Assembly (NCBI GenBank): GCA_964016885.1 | Contig: OZ024740.1 | Span: forward strand, 48,670,001-48,734,000 | DNA: 64,000 nucleotides | Source: Eledone cirrhosa | Lineage: Eukaryota | Direction: 5' to 3' | In this document: positions 1 to 11,642 of the stretch, in pieces | Layout: every line of letters starts with the position of its first letter | How positions within the stretch are numbered: position 1 is the first letter of the stretch | Position numbers and translations under genes: made by a program | Notes under the pieces: model-generated | Database searches by the model: none | What the model was told of the DNA's origin: nothing | The model's input: the letters and a program-made list of their open reading frames with translations, nothing else

Positions 1-90
1 ACATGGCTGCCATATCCAGCTGGTCAACAACCACATAGAAGCTCACTGGTTGGCTTCTGTTAGCTATCATCATTAATTTTGGTGGTTATA

Positions 91-290
91 GCTGTTGTTG
101 TCTAGTCCCAGATTTGCTCCTATCAATCAGGTCCATAATCATGACACTCTAGATCTGATTATCCAGTCTCTCTTCAATGAACAGTTTATCCAATGTGTCT
201 ATTGTAAGATAGTAGTCTGTATTTTAAGAGAGATTTAGCTGCTCTCTATAGCAGGTCAACTAACAATGCAGAAGCTTCTGTATTGACATA
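91..290 (+). repeat. dispersed ~200-bp repeat (family D); other pieces at 1-55, 7455-7530, 15583-15755, 18712-18815, and inverted at 21245-21320 and 20350-20385
   Basis: Shared head TGTTGTTT..CCC.AGGTCA...CTATGATCAAA, middle TCCAATGTGTC and tail GATTT.GCT.CT.T..AGCAGGTCAA across copies. Confidence 0.6.
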
Positions 291-954
291 CAATGACATA
301 TTTTAAATGCTAATGTTTGCAATGGTGATATTATTATTATTAAAGTTGACTAGTTAACTTGATGCTCTACAAATTTAAATTAGCTGTGGCATAAATTGCA
401 ATTTAAGATTATTAGACTGCTCTAGATTTTTCTGGAACTAGCCAAATGCTCACATTCAAGAATATACATATTGTTTTATTTGTTATAAACAGCTTTAACC
501 TGCAAAAGACTGTGTGTGTTATATAACATTATTTTGCATTTTAATATATCAAGGTTTATATCGTTCTTCTAATTATATTTTGGACAAGAGTTAACTGCCT
601 GTATATGCTTCAATTATTTTTTAAGATTGTGGAGAGGCTTTAGTAAATATAGTTGTTCATCTATTAACATTGTAAACCCAGATTTTGAACATTAGATTAT
701 TAGATTCTGTAAAAAAGCAACAGCCTATAATGGATATTTGGGGTGAGATTAATGATCCCACAGGCAATATTTGATAGCATGTATGGTCCTGTAACTCTTG
801 ATAGTCATAGGGAAGCCGTATTGACATACAATGTTTCTTGGGCATTTTAAGCCTGGCGGAGTTCATCCCTCTCCAGGTCAAGAACAGCAGATTTCTTCCA
901 GAGAAAGATAGAAAGTGAGAGAGAGGAAATGAGAAAGAGATATAGAGGAAGAAT

Positions 955-1110
955 CCCCCAATACTAAACTGGTGCTTTTTTTATCGACCTTGAAAGGATG
1001 AAAGGCAAAGTTGACCTCTGCGGGATTTGAACTCGGAGAGCAGAGACCCGGAAACGAATACCATAATGCATTCTATCCAACGTTCTAACGACTCTGCCAA
1101 TTCACCACCT
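955..1110 (-). mobile_element. SINE family A-related copy
   Basis: ATCGACCTTGAAAGGATGAAAGGCAAAGTTGACCTC...GGATTTGAACTC...CTCTGCCAATTCACC. Confidence 0.8.
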
Positions 1111-1341
1111 ACTTGATACATTAGAAATAGATTAAATTGATAACAGTTTTTTTTTTTTATTTATTTATTTTTTTTTTTTTTATTATAGTAGGGTTTAAAT
1201 AGTAACTATTTTTAAAGAGAAAGAAGACAAAAAACATGAGGTAGCAGAAATAAAGATGTCTTGAAGGATTTTATAGATGCCACATTGTTCCTCTTTGATA
1301 ATTTATTTATTTATTTTTTTTTTTTTTTAATGCATATTCAG

Positions 1342-1445
1342 AAAATCTAGAAAAGAACAACATTAGTGTTTGGGTAGACACTGCTGACATAGGAGCTGGT
1401 GCTGACTTTCTTATAAAAATTGGACAAGCTATCATTGAGTGTAAA
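1342..1445 (+). CDS. TIR/HEAT-repeat protein, first coding exon visible in window (TIR domain, part 1; gene is 5'-incomplete)
   Basis: Pyrimidine tract + CAG acceptor at 1339-1341, GTAAGT donor at 1446. Translates (phase 1) to NLEKNNISVWVDTADIGAGADFLIKIGQAIIECK, the typical TIR 'L...G/N.SVW.D..DI..G.DF...I.QAI..C' segment. Confidence 0.9.
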
Positions 1446-1758
1446 GTAAGTGAATATCTTGAAGTTGTTTCTTGCTTTTGAAAATTCTGTTTTATATTCA
1501 TGTGTTGGTTTGTCAGAAACATTTTATGGCAGGAAATAGTTTGTGAAATATTTAATGCTAATAATTTTTTACATTTTCATATTTCATTTCAACTATCAAA
1601 AAGGATAAAAAATACGATTAGAAATTAAGATGTAAGAAGGAAAACAATTTTGATATAATTTTATATATCATCATACTATATATTACAAAATAAACACTGA
1701 AAAGATGCAATAATAAATGTTGTGTCCTGTATGCAGAAGCAACTAGAAACATATTTTA

Positions 1759-2003
1759 AACTAGCAAAAGAGCCCATCGTTGCTGGGCACACCTTTCACC
1801 ACTGTAAATAAAGACCTCTTTCCTCAACATTGCCATCTTTAATAACCCAGAACTCTGCTATTTTAGGGGAGAGCAAGATTTAAACTATATGTTGACATGC
1901 TTCCGGAGCTAAATAACCTATGTATCAAATTTGAACAAAATTAGATGGAAACTGTTGCAATGCATTGCCTGCATACATTTTCGTTTTTATATATATATAG
2001 ATT
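1759..2003. mobile_element. possible non-autonomous Helitron/Helentron-like element
   Basis: One end AACTAGC followed by a subterminal hairpin (GCCCA.CGTTGC.TGGGC), the other end TTTTTATATATATATAGAT; pattern recognition only. Confidence 0.45.
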
Positions 2004-2574
2004 ACTTAATTTAAAATGTGTAAATGTTTGTTATTGCATACATAACTCTCTAAGTAAACATTCAAGGATGGGTTCTTAGAGCAATTCATTCCAAGGTCAG
2101 CCTCTGTTTTCACAAATCATTTGATTTAACATCAATTTGTTTATATGTAAAAATGTTCATGTATGATTTAATAACTTCCATTTACAGTCATCTGGTTGTG
2201 CTCACTTCTTTACACATATGCATACATACACACACTCACTCTCTTATGTGTATGATGGCTATGCATGCTCTTTTGCAACATGGTATTTAGTGTATAATTA
2301 TATTCAGCATGTGTATGCGTGTATCTAAAGTTTTGCAAGTGGCATTATTTGATGATCGTTCCTGTTTGTATAGCCATTACAAATTATATCGCTTAAAAAG
2401 TAGGTGTGTATGTATGTATGCATGCATGTATGTGTGTATGTATGTATGTATGTATACTATTATAGAGTTTTATCCTAAGCTTTCACTTCCACATTTCCTT
2501 TATATATTTCCACATGGTTGAAGCTAGGTTAGATTTTTTTTTTTTGAAAAATTGAATTGAATGATTATGGATAC

Positions 2575-2725
2575 AAACATGGTTGGGTCTTAAGATGGCT
2601 GCTTAGCAAGTACGTCATCCTGAGTTCAATCCTACTATGCAGTGCTTTGAACAGGTATTTCTAGCATATCTTTGTGCTGACTCAAGCCTTGAGAGGGGAA
2701 ATTTGGTAGAGAGAAATTATGCTGA
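2575..2725 (+). mobile_element. tRNA-derived SINE (family C), degenerate
   Basis: GAGTTCAATCCTACT B-box...AAGCCTTG..GAAATTTGGTAGA; paralogue at 10210-10355. Confidence 0.55.
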
Positions 2726-3001
2726 TAAACTGTACCTATCTATTGTTGGGTAGGAAACAGGCTTAATTCAGTACATGATTTTTGCAGGCCTTTTGGTGGA
2801 GTTCACTTTGTTGCAAGCATTCAGCTTAAGACTCCAGTTTGCTAGAATAATACAATATTTAGAATAGAGTTCAATTGCAGGAGCTGAATCCTGCTTTGAT
2901 GAAGAGTTCTGTCTGAAGCATCAGATCTTTCCTCTTCCTCACAGCAATTCAACTTATCCTACTTTTATAAACTTCTGTACTTTATTATTTGTAAAGGCAG
3001 A

Positions 3002-3180
3002 TGGATTGGCAGTATCGGTAGAGGGTCGGACGCCATGTTTTCCAGCACAGTTACGTCCCTTTACGATCTGAGTTCAAATCCCGCCGAGGTTGACTTTGCC
3101 TTTCATCCTTACGGGGTCGATAAAATAAAGTACCAGTAATGCACTGGGTAATTGCTGGCCTTGTGCCTAAAGTAGAAACA
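3002..3180 (+). mobile_element. tRNA-derived SINE (family A, young), 18-bp TSD
   Basis: A-box-like TGGCAGTATCGG, B-box GAGTTCAAATCC, core TTTGCCTTTCATCCTTACGGGGTCGATAAAATAAAGTACCAG (resembles the Nin/Deu SINE domain); TSD ATTATTTGTAAAGGCAGA at 2984-3001 and 3181-3198. Confidence 0.9.
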
Positions 3181-3839
3181 ATTATTTGTAAAGGCAGAAC
3201 ATCACTAGTTTCCTCAGATGTTACTGTTTCACTATGGCTATAATAGTCTGACATTTACAAAACCATTAACTTCTTACTTGTACCTTTTAGAAAAAAAATG
3301 TTCTTCTTTAATTTATATATTTTCTTATTGCTTGCAAGTTATTTAGATACTCACATGCACATGATTTTTACATCAAAATCTTCATTTGTAGAATAATCTA
3401 TACAAATGTGTTAAATACAGTATTGTTAATATTTTTAAATGAGTATGTAATGGATGGCAATATTATTAGTACAGACTATTGGCTAATGCTTTGCTCTATT
3501 TGTGCCTTTAACTTGTAATATCCTGTACTGCACGAAACAGCATTAGCAGGACATTCTTGAAAAAGGCAATAATTAATACAGCAAATGTTTACATCAATCT
3601 GTCCAATAGTAAAGATACTATAAACATTTGAATTAGCAAATTCATTTTAAAATAAACATGAGATGTTCACAGTTAAACTAAGCTCAAATCCAACTATGGG
3701 TCAACTTGGCTTGTTCATCTCTATAGGGTCTATACAAAGAACAAGTACTGATAATAATTCAGTTAATATCTATTTCCCCAAAAAATTGTGACTTGGCGAT
3801 CAATGTAAAAAAATTGATTATTCAAACATATTTTTACTC

Positions 3840-3870
<31 letters not shown>

Positions 3871-3895
3871 TTTTTATTCTTCTTCTAACTTTCAG

Positions 3896-4041
3896 CTCTT
3901 CATATCTATAGTTAGTGAATCCTCCATTCTTTCCAAATACTGTAAAGATGAATTGTCCTTGGCATATATATCTAACAAAACCATTTTCCCTGTTAGTATT
4001 GCTCCAGATGACAATCTCTTATCTGCTATGGATACTGGAAT
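3896..4041 (+). CDS. TIR/HEAT-repeat protein exon (TIR domain, part 2, with YCxxEL motif)
   Basis: TTCAG acceptor, GTAAGT donor; phase 0 joins previous exon. LFISIVSESSILSKYCKDELSLAYISNKTIFPVSIAPDDNLLSAMDTG(M) matches the TIR betaC-alphaC-betaD pattern. Confidence 0.92.
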
Positions 4042-4082
4042 GTAAGTAAAAACAAGCTTTTTAACTCCTTTTGTTTTATTGT

Positions 4083-4490
4083 ACATCATCATCATCATCA
4101 TCATAGTTTAACATCCATGCTAGCATCGGTTAGACAGATTGTTCTGTTTGGGATAAGTCAAGTCAGGTGACTGTCTCTTTTTCAAACAGAACTGTTTCTG
4201 GCTTTGTTCCTACGGCTAAGTGCTTTTTGTCATGACACCTACCCAACCACTTTACAGTGTGTGCTGGGTGCTTTTTATCATGATACCTGCATGACAACTT
4301 TACAGTGTAAGGGTGGTGTGATCAGAGGTGGGTGTAGTGTTAGGGCATGGGAGGGAGGATAGTAGTTAGGAGGTGCATACTAGATTTATGCTTCAGTCTG
4401 TGTGCATGGGAAGGTGGGTCTTCTGCATAACACTAAAGATTTTGATCCTGTGTCATTGTCTTGGAGAGGTGCAATTGTGCAAGGACTTTG
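4083..4490 (-). mobile_element. RTE LINE 3' UTR fragment, old
   Basis: (CAT)n tail followed by degenerate 3' UTR; GTCATTGTCTTGGAGAGGTG matches 7960-7980. Confidence 0.7.
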
Positions 4491-4592
4491 TATTTATTAT
4501 ATTTCCAGTTTTAACACCTAATTTCTAAATATCAGGCAATTAATTTTCTTTTGCTCTTATAAATTGGAAGCTTTATGCTACATATATCTATA

Positions 4593-5215
4593 ATCTTCTT
4601 CTCCACCTACTTATTCCTGAGAGGGTTATGGGGGCAGAGTCCTCGCACTTCTTTCAGCAGGTCCTGTCAGAAGCAACTGATTCGGCTGCATCCCCAAGCA
4701 AGACCAGCCGAGCTCATGGATGTTATCCAACTATCTTGCTTGGGGTCTACTCCTGGATCTCCTGCCAGTTGGTTTTGCCCGTAAACTCTTTCCTGTGACA
4801 TTCTAGCCACATGCCCATAATATTGGAGCTGTGTCTGAGGACAAGTGTCTCAGTTTTTATAGCACCGATTTTCATTCCTGCCATGAAGCACTCATATCAA
4901 ACCTATCAAGTGCAAGTTGGAAACCACCTTCTGTCAAGTTAAGTAATATATCATCTGCAAATTCCAACCGACTGATTCTCCACCCACCACTTCTAACCCG
5001 GCTGTGCATGTCAATCCTGTTCCTGAGCAGGAGAGGTGACAGTACGCACCCTTGACTGAGTCCGACTCCCACATTGAATGGTTTCAATTAACACCATTTA
5101 TCTGAACACAAATACTCGGGCATTCGTATTGAGACATCAGGGCAACAAGATGACCATCAATCCCATACTTCTGCAGGTCCAGTGGAGCGCGGTCATATCC
5201 CTTTTCGAGGAGTCT
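4593..5215 (-). mobile_element. second RTE-like LINE family, decayed RT/3' end with (AGA)n tail
   Basis: ORF 4872-5087 has VGLSQGCVLSPLL and LEFADD; 3' end CCTACTTATTCC.GAGAGGGTT..GGGG.CAGAGTCCTC is shared with 20515-20555. Confidence 0.8.
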
Positions 5216-5542
5216 GGCTAAGAGATGTAGAGAGATAGTTGAGTCCAAGTTAGCTGATGAACAGTGTCGTTTTCACCTAGGACAGCTGACCAAATATTCA
5301 CTGTGGCAGGTCTTTGAAAATATATCTATAATAGAAGTTAAAATTTTAATTGAGAATTTAGAAAATATTAAAGAGTATCTAATGTATCTAGAGATTGTAA
5401 AAGGAACAATTATAAAATGTTTGTTGTGCCTTAAATTTAACTTGTACAGTAGTTGCAATTATTTTTTTTTATTTTTATTTTTCTTCTTTTCCATTTTTCT
5501 TCTTTTCCAATTAACAATCCAGTAATTTTTCCTTATCTACAG

Positions 5543-5655
5543 GAGACTTAAACTGGCAGGCTTGCAGTGGTACAAATTTCATGATGAATCGAAGTTTGAT
5601 GAAAACATGAATGAACTTTTGAAGGACATTAAAACTGAATTAAATACTATTAACT
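5543..5655 (+). CDS. TIR/HEAT-repeat protein exon (TIR C-terminal strand/helix)
   Basis: CTACAG acceptor, GTAAAT donor; phase consistent (1+111+1 nt). RLKLAGLQWYKFHDESKFDENMNELLKDIKTELNTIN. Confidence 0.88.
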
Positions 5656-5727
5656 GTAAATTTATCCATTTTTTTTCTTTCTTTTTTTTTTTCTTTTTTT
5701 TTTTTTCTTCAACTAAATTCAGTTCTA

Positions 5728-5997
5728 AATTACAACATGTACTGGGTGCTTTTATTGTATAGATCACTAGCAGAAGGGAGGGTGTTATTTTCTTGAACTA
5801 AAGGATCCTCCCAACCCTTTGTTTGGCAAGTTTTCTATGGTTGGATGCCCTTTACAGTGTGTACTGGATGCATTTATCATGTAGATCACCAACACTAGAA
5901 GGTTTGTTGTGTTTTTGACACAGCTGAAGGGTCCTTTCAACCCTTTTAAGCATGATTTCTACAGTGAGGTGCCCTTCCTATTGCCTACCATCCATGA
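5728..5997 (-). mobile_element. RTE 3' UTR-derived fragments with internal ~115-bp duplication
   Basis: TTTCTATGGTTGGATGCCCTT and TTTACAGTGTGTACTGG motifs; GTACTGG.TGC.TTTAT..TAGATCAC occurs twice. Confidence 0.45.
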
Positions 5998-6436
5998 TGA
6001 TATATAACTAGTTATAAGTTTTTCAAGATTCAAATTCAGTGTTGATAGAATTGAGCCTCTCTAAAAATTGAAACAAAAATTCAATCTGGGGTAGAAATTG
6101 ACAATCTATAGGATACAAAGATGAATTTTGAATATATTAATAAATATTCTCAAAAAAAAAAAAATAACAATTGTTTAGAAATCATTGAAAAGGCTACAGT
6201 TGTGTTGAAAGATTTTGATAAAGCAATTAACTGATAAATCAAGAAATAACAAGATTGACACTTTAGTAAGTTGCAATTGAAGCTATAACAAATTATCAGT
6301 TGCACCCCATAATCTGACTGTATGAAACCATTTGTCTTTTTCATTTAGTTAAATTGTGAGGACTTCATGTGATTTTATTTGATACATTACTTCTTATTTC
6401 ATCATGTATATTATTGTTTTAATGTTATTTTTATAG

Positions 6437-6563
6437 GCCAGTCACAAAAAGTTGAATCAAAAAGGCATCGGCGATCAACTAAGATTTACACTAAACAAAC
6501 CATTGAAAGTCCTATTGATTACTGGCAAAGGAAATATAAAGAAAATCAGATTGATTGGAATCA
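6437..6563 (+). CDS. TIR/HEAT-repeat protein exon (linker and start of EF-hand-like region)
   Basis: TTATAG acceptor, GTAAGT donor; 2+123+2 nt. (C)QSQKVESKRHRRSTKIYTKQTIESPIDYWQRKYKENQIDWN(Q). Confidence 0.85.
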
Positions 6564-7031
6564 GTAAGTTATTTTGGAATACCACTCAATGTACAAATAA
6601 CATTTAGTAGGGTTCACAATGTCTGTATGCTGTGTAGATAAATATCATAGATATTACAAGCAAAGCCCTTTGTCAGAGAAGGCTTTGCTCATCAAGATTC
6701 TTGTCTCCATATCATACAAACCTACCCATATTTGTGAACTTTATTGAATAATTTCCACTGGTTTCCTCTAACTGGTTATTATTTGCTATTAACATTTAGC
6801 AGGAAAACGGCACTAGATGATGATGATGACCAACATTATTTTCCAAAGAGATCCTTTATCTTAATTATCATCGTCAATATATTTATTTTTAGTTCAATAT
6901 CTAAGTTTTCCTTGCTTTTATAGTTTTAAATGGTATTGCATTACAAATAGGTTCATTATTTTTAGATATACTGATTTCATGATTGTTTGTGTTTTCCATG
7001 TTAGTAAATTGTCTTTGTATTTTTAATGTAG

Positions 7032-7171
7032 ATTTTGGTATGATTTGACCTGTGATTATAAGGGCTTGTTTAGCACATACACTCCTGATGATCAAAACTG
7101 GCTGAAATCTGTTCTCCGTTGGGAGATGCATATAACCCGTGATGGATGTCTTAAACGAGACAAGTTTATTG
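7032..7171 (+). CDS. TIR/HEAT-repeat protein exon (EF-hand-like region)
   Basis: TGTAG acceptor, GTGAGT donor; 1+138+1 nt, open frame. FWYDLTCDYKGLFSTYTPDDQNWLKSVLRWEMHITRDGCLKRDKFI. Confidence 0.85.
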
Positions 7172-7318
7172 GTGAGTTAAATCTCGTTTTGTTTTTTTAA
7201 GTAGTGAAGGAAATAAAATAGAATAACAATAAAATCATTTTTGTTTAAAATTTGAGCTGAAGGTAAATTGTATCTGGGAAATTTATTTCTATCAATTGTA
7301 ATGTAACAGTCATTTCAT

Positions 7319-7418
7319 ATTGCTGGGGCTGATATTGACTGTTTGCAAGTAAGATTGCTGGGGCTGATATTGACTGTTTGCAAGCAAGATTGCTGGGGCT
7401 GATGTTGACTGATTACAA
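7319..7418 (+). repeat. 35-bp tandem repeat, ~2.8 copies
   Basis: TGCTGGGGCTGATATTGACTGTTTGCAAGTAAGAT starting at 7321, 7356 and 7391. Confidence 0.9.
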
Positions 7419-7530
7419 GGTCTTAATTGCTAAGATATTGGTTTTGAATTCTAAGTTGTTGTTTATCCCCAGGTCAACTATGACCAAAAATATTCCCGCA
7501 GTGATTATATCAATTTTTTTTGTAGGGGTT

Positions 7531-8566
7531 ATCATCATCATCGTTTAACGTCCATATTCCACGCTTGCATGGGTTTGGACGGGAGTTTTCCCATTTGAGG
7601 CAAGAGTGGTTGTCTTGCTCGCATAGGACTGTCTGGCGGGTTTTCTACGGCTAGATGCCCTTGCTAACACCAACCATGTTTACAGTGTGGGACTGGGAGG
7701 TTTTTACCGTGTTGCCTACACGGCCACATTACAGCGCGGACTGTGTTTTTTTGTCGTGACACCTACACGATTTGTTTCGGACTGGATGTTGTGGTACCAA
7801 CATAACTTTACATTGAAAGGGGTGGTGTAGATGAGGTGGGAGTAGTGGGACGGGGGTGTATTTTGTTAGAGGTGCCTACTGACTGTAGTCGGTTTCACTT
7901 TGTACTTAGGTAAGGCGGGTCTTCTCTATTACTCTGTAGCGCCAAAGATCTCGGTCCAGTGACATTGTCTTGGAGAGGTGTGTGTGAGGTCGGAATTTAT
8001 CAAGTCGTCCCAGGTTTTTCTGGGTCTGCCTACTCCGTGGCTACCGTCTATTTTTATTGCCCTGCACTTTTTTATACAGCTGTCGTCTTTCATGCGCATC
8101 ACGTGACCATACCAACGTAGTCTTCTCTCGAGTAAACATCATCTGATCCTTCTTATTTCTAATTTTTCCCTTAGTTCGTTTATGCTTTGCCGTTCACGTA
8201 TATTACTATTACACATCCAGCGGAGCATGCAAGCTTCGTTCCTCTCCAGTCTGCGTATATCCTCTGCACACAATGCCCAGGTCTCACTGCCATGTGACAT
8301 TGTTGTTCGTATGCAGGCATCATACAGCCTGCCTTTCATTTTTAGAGAGAACCCTTTAGCGGCTAATAGTGGTATAAGTTCTCTGAACTTTTTCCATCCA
8401 GTTCTGACTCTAGCTACTGTACTTTCAGAGCACCCTCCCCCACTGCTGATTTTGTCACCCAGGTAACGGAAGCTGTCCACTATTTCTATAGAACCATCTG
8501 TGCAATGGAATGAGCTAGTATTCTGTGGGCACTTGCTGCTACTTATTGCACCTGAGCACCGGCCAC
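7531..8566 (-). mobile_element. RTE LINE, 5'-truncated copy of the same family, with TSD
   Basis: Near-identical to 24280-24955 over ~680 bp; SFRYLG...GWKKFREL ORF; (GAT)n tail; GGGTTATC duplicated at 7526-7533 and 8567-8574. Confidence 0.92.
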
Positions 8567-9107
8567 GGGTTATCTAAGTCTTAAAAAGGAGAAGAGAGGA
8601 AAGATTAGACAATTCAATCTAGGGGGTGTGATTTGATAAAACCTTCCATCTTAATTTTCTGTAACAACTTTTCTGTTATGTTCCAAACACAATCTTTATA
8701 TGGTTGTTCAATCTTCTAGAAATAGCAGTCAAATTTCCTTCAAGTTACACCCTACTCTCTTAAAAAAGACCTTGGAAATTGTACTTAGAAACCTTAAAAA
8801 TTGTACTTAGAGGTACACTATTCCTGAAAATATCATGGAATCATTGATCTACTTGATATAGCAATGTCTAATTCGTAAAAATATTAGTTATTTTATAAAA
8901 TTCCTCCTAATTCTTGATTACTTTCAAAATTAATTGAAAGAAAAACACTGTATTTCGTTAGAAAGTAACAGTTATATAAGATTTAGTTGACTATAAGACA
9001 CCACAACACTGAATACTTTAAAATAAGTGGGTTTGTCTCAGAAAACCAGAGTCAGTCTTGGATGAGTTAGTATCAAAAGTCTTGTTTTATTTTTTTTAAA
9101 TGCTAAA

Positions 9108-9268
9108 TATGAGGGTTGGCTGAAAAGTTTATAGGCTGACCAAGATACTCATAGAATGACCGAATGAGATTCATTTATTAGAAGAGTTAAAATTATTGCA
9201 TGCAGATTTCACAGCTCTAGCATTACTTCTTCATGGTCAGCCTATAAACTTTTCAGCCCACCCTTGTA
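9108..9268. mobile_element. Tc1/mariner-type MITE
   Basis: ~32-bp TIRs TGAGGGTTGGCTGAAAAGTTTATAGGCTGACC / GGTCAGCCTATAAACTTTTCAGCCCACCCTTG, TA at both ends. Confidence 0.88.
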
Positions 9269-9344
9269 TATTTATTGAAATCAATTGTTAATGAACTTTC
9301 AATGAAATTCCTGTGTAATTGTAACTTTTTCTGTTTTCTTTTAG

Positions 9345-9476
9345 AATTTTGCACTCTGGATGGAATTGTTACATGTTTGTGGCAAAGGATAGAAGACCAG
9401 GCACGGGAAAGTTATGCTATGAAAGAAGTGTTTAACATAAATTCTCATGTCCGGGTAGAAGCCATCGAAAATCTTA
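9345..9476 (+). CDS. TIR/HEAT-repeat protein exon (start of HEAT region)
   Basis: TTTTAG acceptor, GTAAGA donor; 2+129+1 nt. (E)FCTLDGIVTCLWQRIEDQARESYAMKEVFNINSHVRVEAIENL. Confidence 0.88.
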
Positions 9477-10209
9477 GTAAGAAATTTTTTTTATTTTTGC
9501 TATTTGTATAAAGTATATTATATAGCAAACCAAACTGCTTTATTAGTTTGTCTTTATATTCAACACCTGTAGCTGTCCACATGATTAGTTTGTTAAATAC
9601 ACTTCACCTTCAATAACTCCAATCAATATAATTCACCAATATACCTAATAGGGACTAGCTGACCCTGTAGAAATTCCATGGTTTAATTAGAAACAGCCAC
9701 TAAATATTAACGATTAATAGGATATTTTTAATATCTTACACACACACACATTACATATACAACAAAATAAATTGAATAAATTTAGTAATTTACTGAAACT
9801 ACCAAAATGGAATATTTTTACTCATAATTTGAGGATAAACAATATTTTTTTGTAAAAGTAATCTCTCACCCCCCCCTCCCACATCCCTTTTCCATAAAGA
9901 TCACCACTGCCACTGTCTCTCTGTTTCTCATAGAAACACACATACACACTCTTACCAGGATGTTTTTCTGATGGGGATATTGCTTAGAAACAATATCAGC
10001 ATAAAGAAGTTTGCAGTGACTGATACACACACACACATACATATATAGTGGTCATCTACCAAATTCAGTCACAAAGCATTGGTCAGTCCAAGACAATAGT
10101 AAAAGACCATTGTATTATATTTAAAGTAAGTCAGGATAGCTGGTTTCTTAGTTTGTATTTATACCTGGAAGAGTTAGAACCAGGATTGCAGAAAAAGCCT
10201 CAAACATTG

Positions 10210-10355
10210 TTCATGTGGTTAAGAAATTTGCTTTGAAAATATATGGTTTGAGGTTCAATCCTACTGTATGGAACCTTGTGAAAATCTCTTTTACCTTAAT
10301 CTCAGGTTGACCAAGCTTTGTGTGAAATTTAGAGGATGGAAACTATGTGGAAGCC
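10210..10355 (+). mobile_element. tRNA-derived SINE (family C), degenerate
   Basis: GTGGTTAAGAA...GGTTCAATCCTACTG...GACCAAGCTTTGTGTGAAATTT...GGAAACT; an inverted 3' piece lies at ~10040-10110. Confidence 0.55.
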
Positions 10356-10539
10356 TATTTGATGAACTGTATTTGTTCTTTGATGGTGGATTTAGTCTGT
10401 CATGCAGTTTAACTGTTACAGTATTGGCTTTATAGAAACATTTTTACCAATAATCTTCAAGGTTGTACAAGTGAATGGATTTCAGTCCAACTTCTTCAGG
10501 GGCTCTTCACAGATGTACCACTTTAATAGTTCTAATACA

Positions 10540-10762
10540 TGCCATGACAAATAACACCCAGTCCATTTTGTAAAGTGGTAGTAATGGTGCCACAATAAAT
10601 GCTCTAAAGTGGTTGGCATTAGGAAGAGCATCCAGCAATAGAATCCAAGCCAAAAATGGAATATATAAGCAAATTGTCGTCTGACTGGTCTAGCTTCAGA
10701 ACATGACAACCTGTCAAAACTATGCAAGCATGGAAAATAGACATTAAATAGTGACAATGAGG
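10540..10762 (+). mobile_element. RTE LINE 3' UTR fragment
   Basis: AAAGTGGTTGGCATTAGGAAGAGCATCCAGC and ATGCAAGCATGGAAAATAGACATTAAAT match the family 3' UTR seen at 23720-23990. Confidence 0.6.
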
Positions 10763-10896
10763 ATAGAGAGAAACTGTTTTCTAGATTAGCTTTTATACTG
10801 AATGTCATGTAAATAGGAATTCTAAAATGTTTATAACAACACCTGACTTCACTCTGTCTTAATATCTAAACCATGATTTTATTTTCTATTTTAAAG

Positions 10897-11137
10897 GTAA
10901 ATTCAAAAGCCGAGAAGTTGTTGATGCCTTAATCTATCTAGTAAGGAATGACGAAGAACCAAATGTCCGTACTGTTGCAGCTATTTGTCTTGCTCAAACT
11001 GGTGCTACTGATGATGTAACAATTCAAGCACTAATTGATGTTCTTGAAGACAAAGATCGTTTAGTGAGAGAAGCTGGATGTTTAGCTCTTGGGCGTTCCC
11101 AATCACAAAAAGCTGTACCTACTCTTTTAGAATTATG
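10897..11137 (+). CDS. TIR/HEAT-repeat protein exon (HEAT repeats)
   Basis: TTAAAG acceptor, GTAAAT donor; 2+237+2 nt. KFKSREVVDALIYLVRNDEEPNVRTVAAICLAQTGATDDVTIQALIDVLEDKDRLVREAGCLALGRSQSQKAVPTLLEL(W) has repeated L...L.D....VR..A...L (PBS-lyase-type HEAT) units. Confidence 0.92.
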
Positions 11138-11642
11138 GTAAATTTTTCATAGTTTTAAATATTTTTCACTTTTAGCTTTATAAACTATATATTTTCTAGA
11201 TAAAGATGTAATATGTAGCACAAATGTTTCCCAGCAATGTGCACCATGTGTTGGAGTAGTTTTTAGAGCACATCCCCCTTACCATCCAGGGTAATGTATT
11301 TGCCATTGTCTGTCATGACAATAAAATAGAAACTATTGGGGGGGGGGGGGGGCTTATATGATTATACTTCTAACAGGGACCCCTAAACTGATGGTAGAAA
11401 GGGATAAAGAAACTGGATACCTAATCTGAATATTTCTATAATTGGTTTTATTTCTTACTTTATTGACATCAATGAATATTTCTTGTAAAGTGCTGTTAGG
11501 ATTAGAATGGATTATTTTTCATATCATTCTTAATTTCTGGTTTAACACAGTCCAGATTTAAAAAAAAAAAAAAAATTTAGAATGTTAATTTTAAATCTTG
11601 ATTTTTGTCTTAATGTTTCAAGTGTTATTTTATTTTTTGCAG

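Noticed and set aside
657-2521. Small ORFs in the track (657-881, 1307-1522, 2309-2521 and similar)
   Set aside because: Low-complexity, microsatellite-derived or antisense to real exons; no motif or splice support. No further upstream TIR exon was identifiable in 1-1341.
3002-3085. tRNA genes (A/B boxes in several places)
   Set aside because: These are SINE heads with no cloverleaf, followed by SINE body and TSDs.
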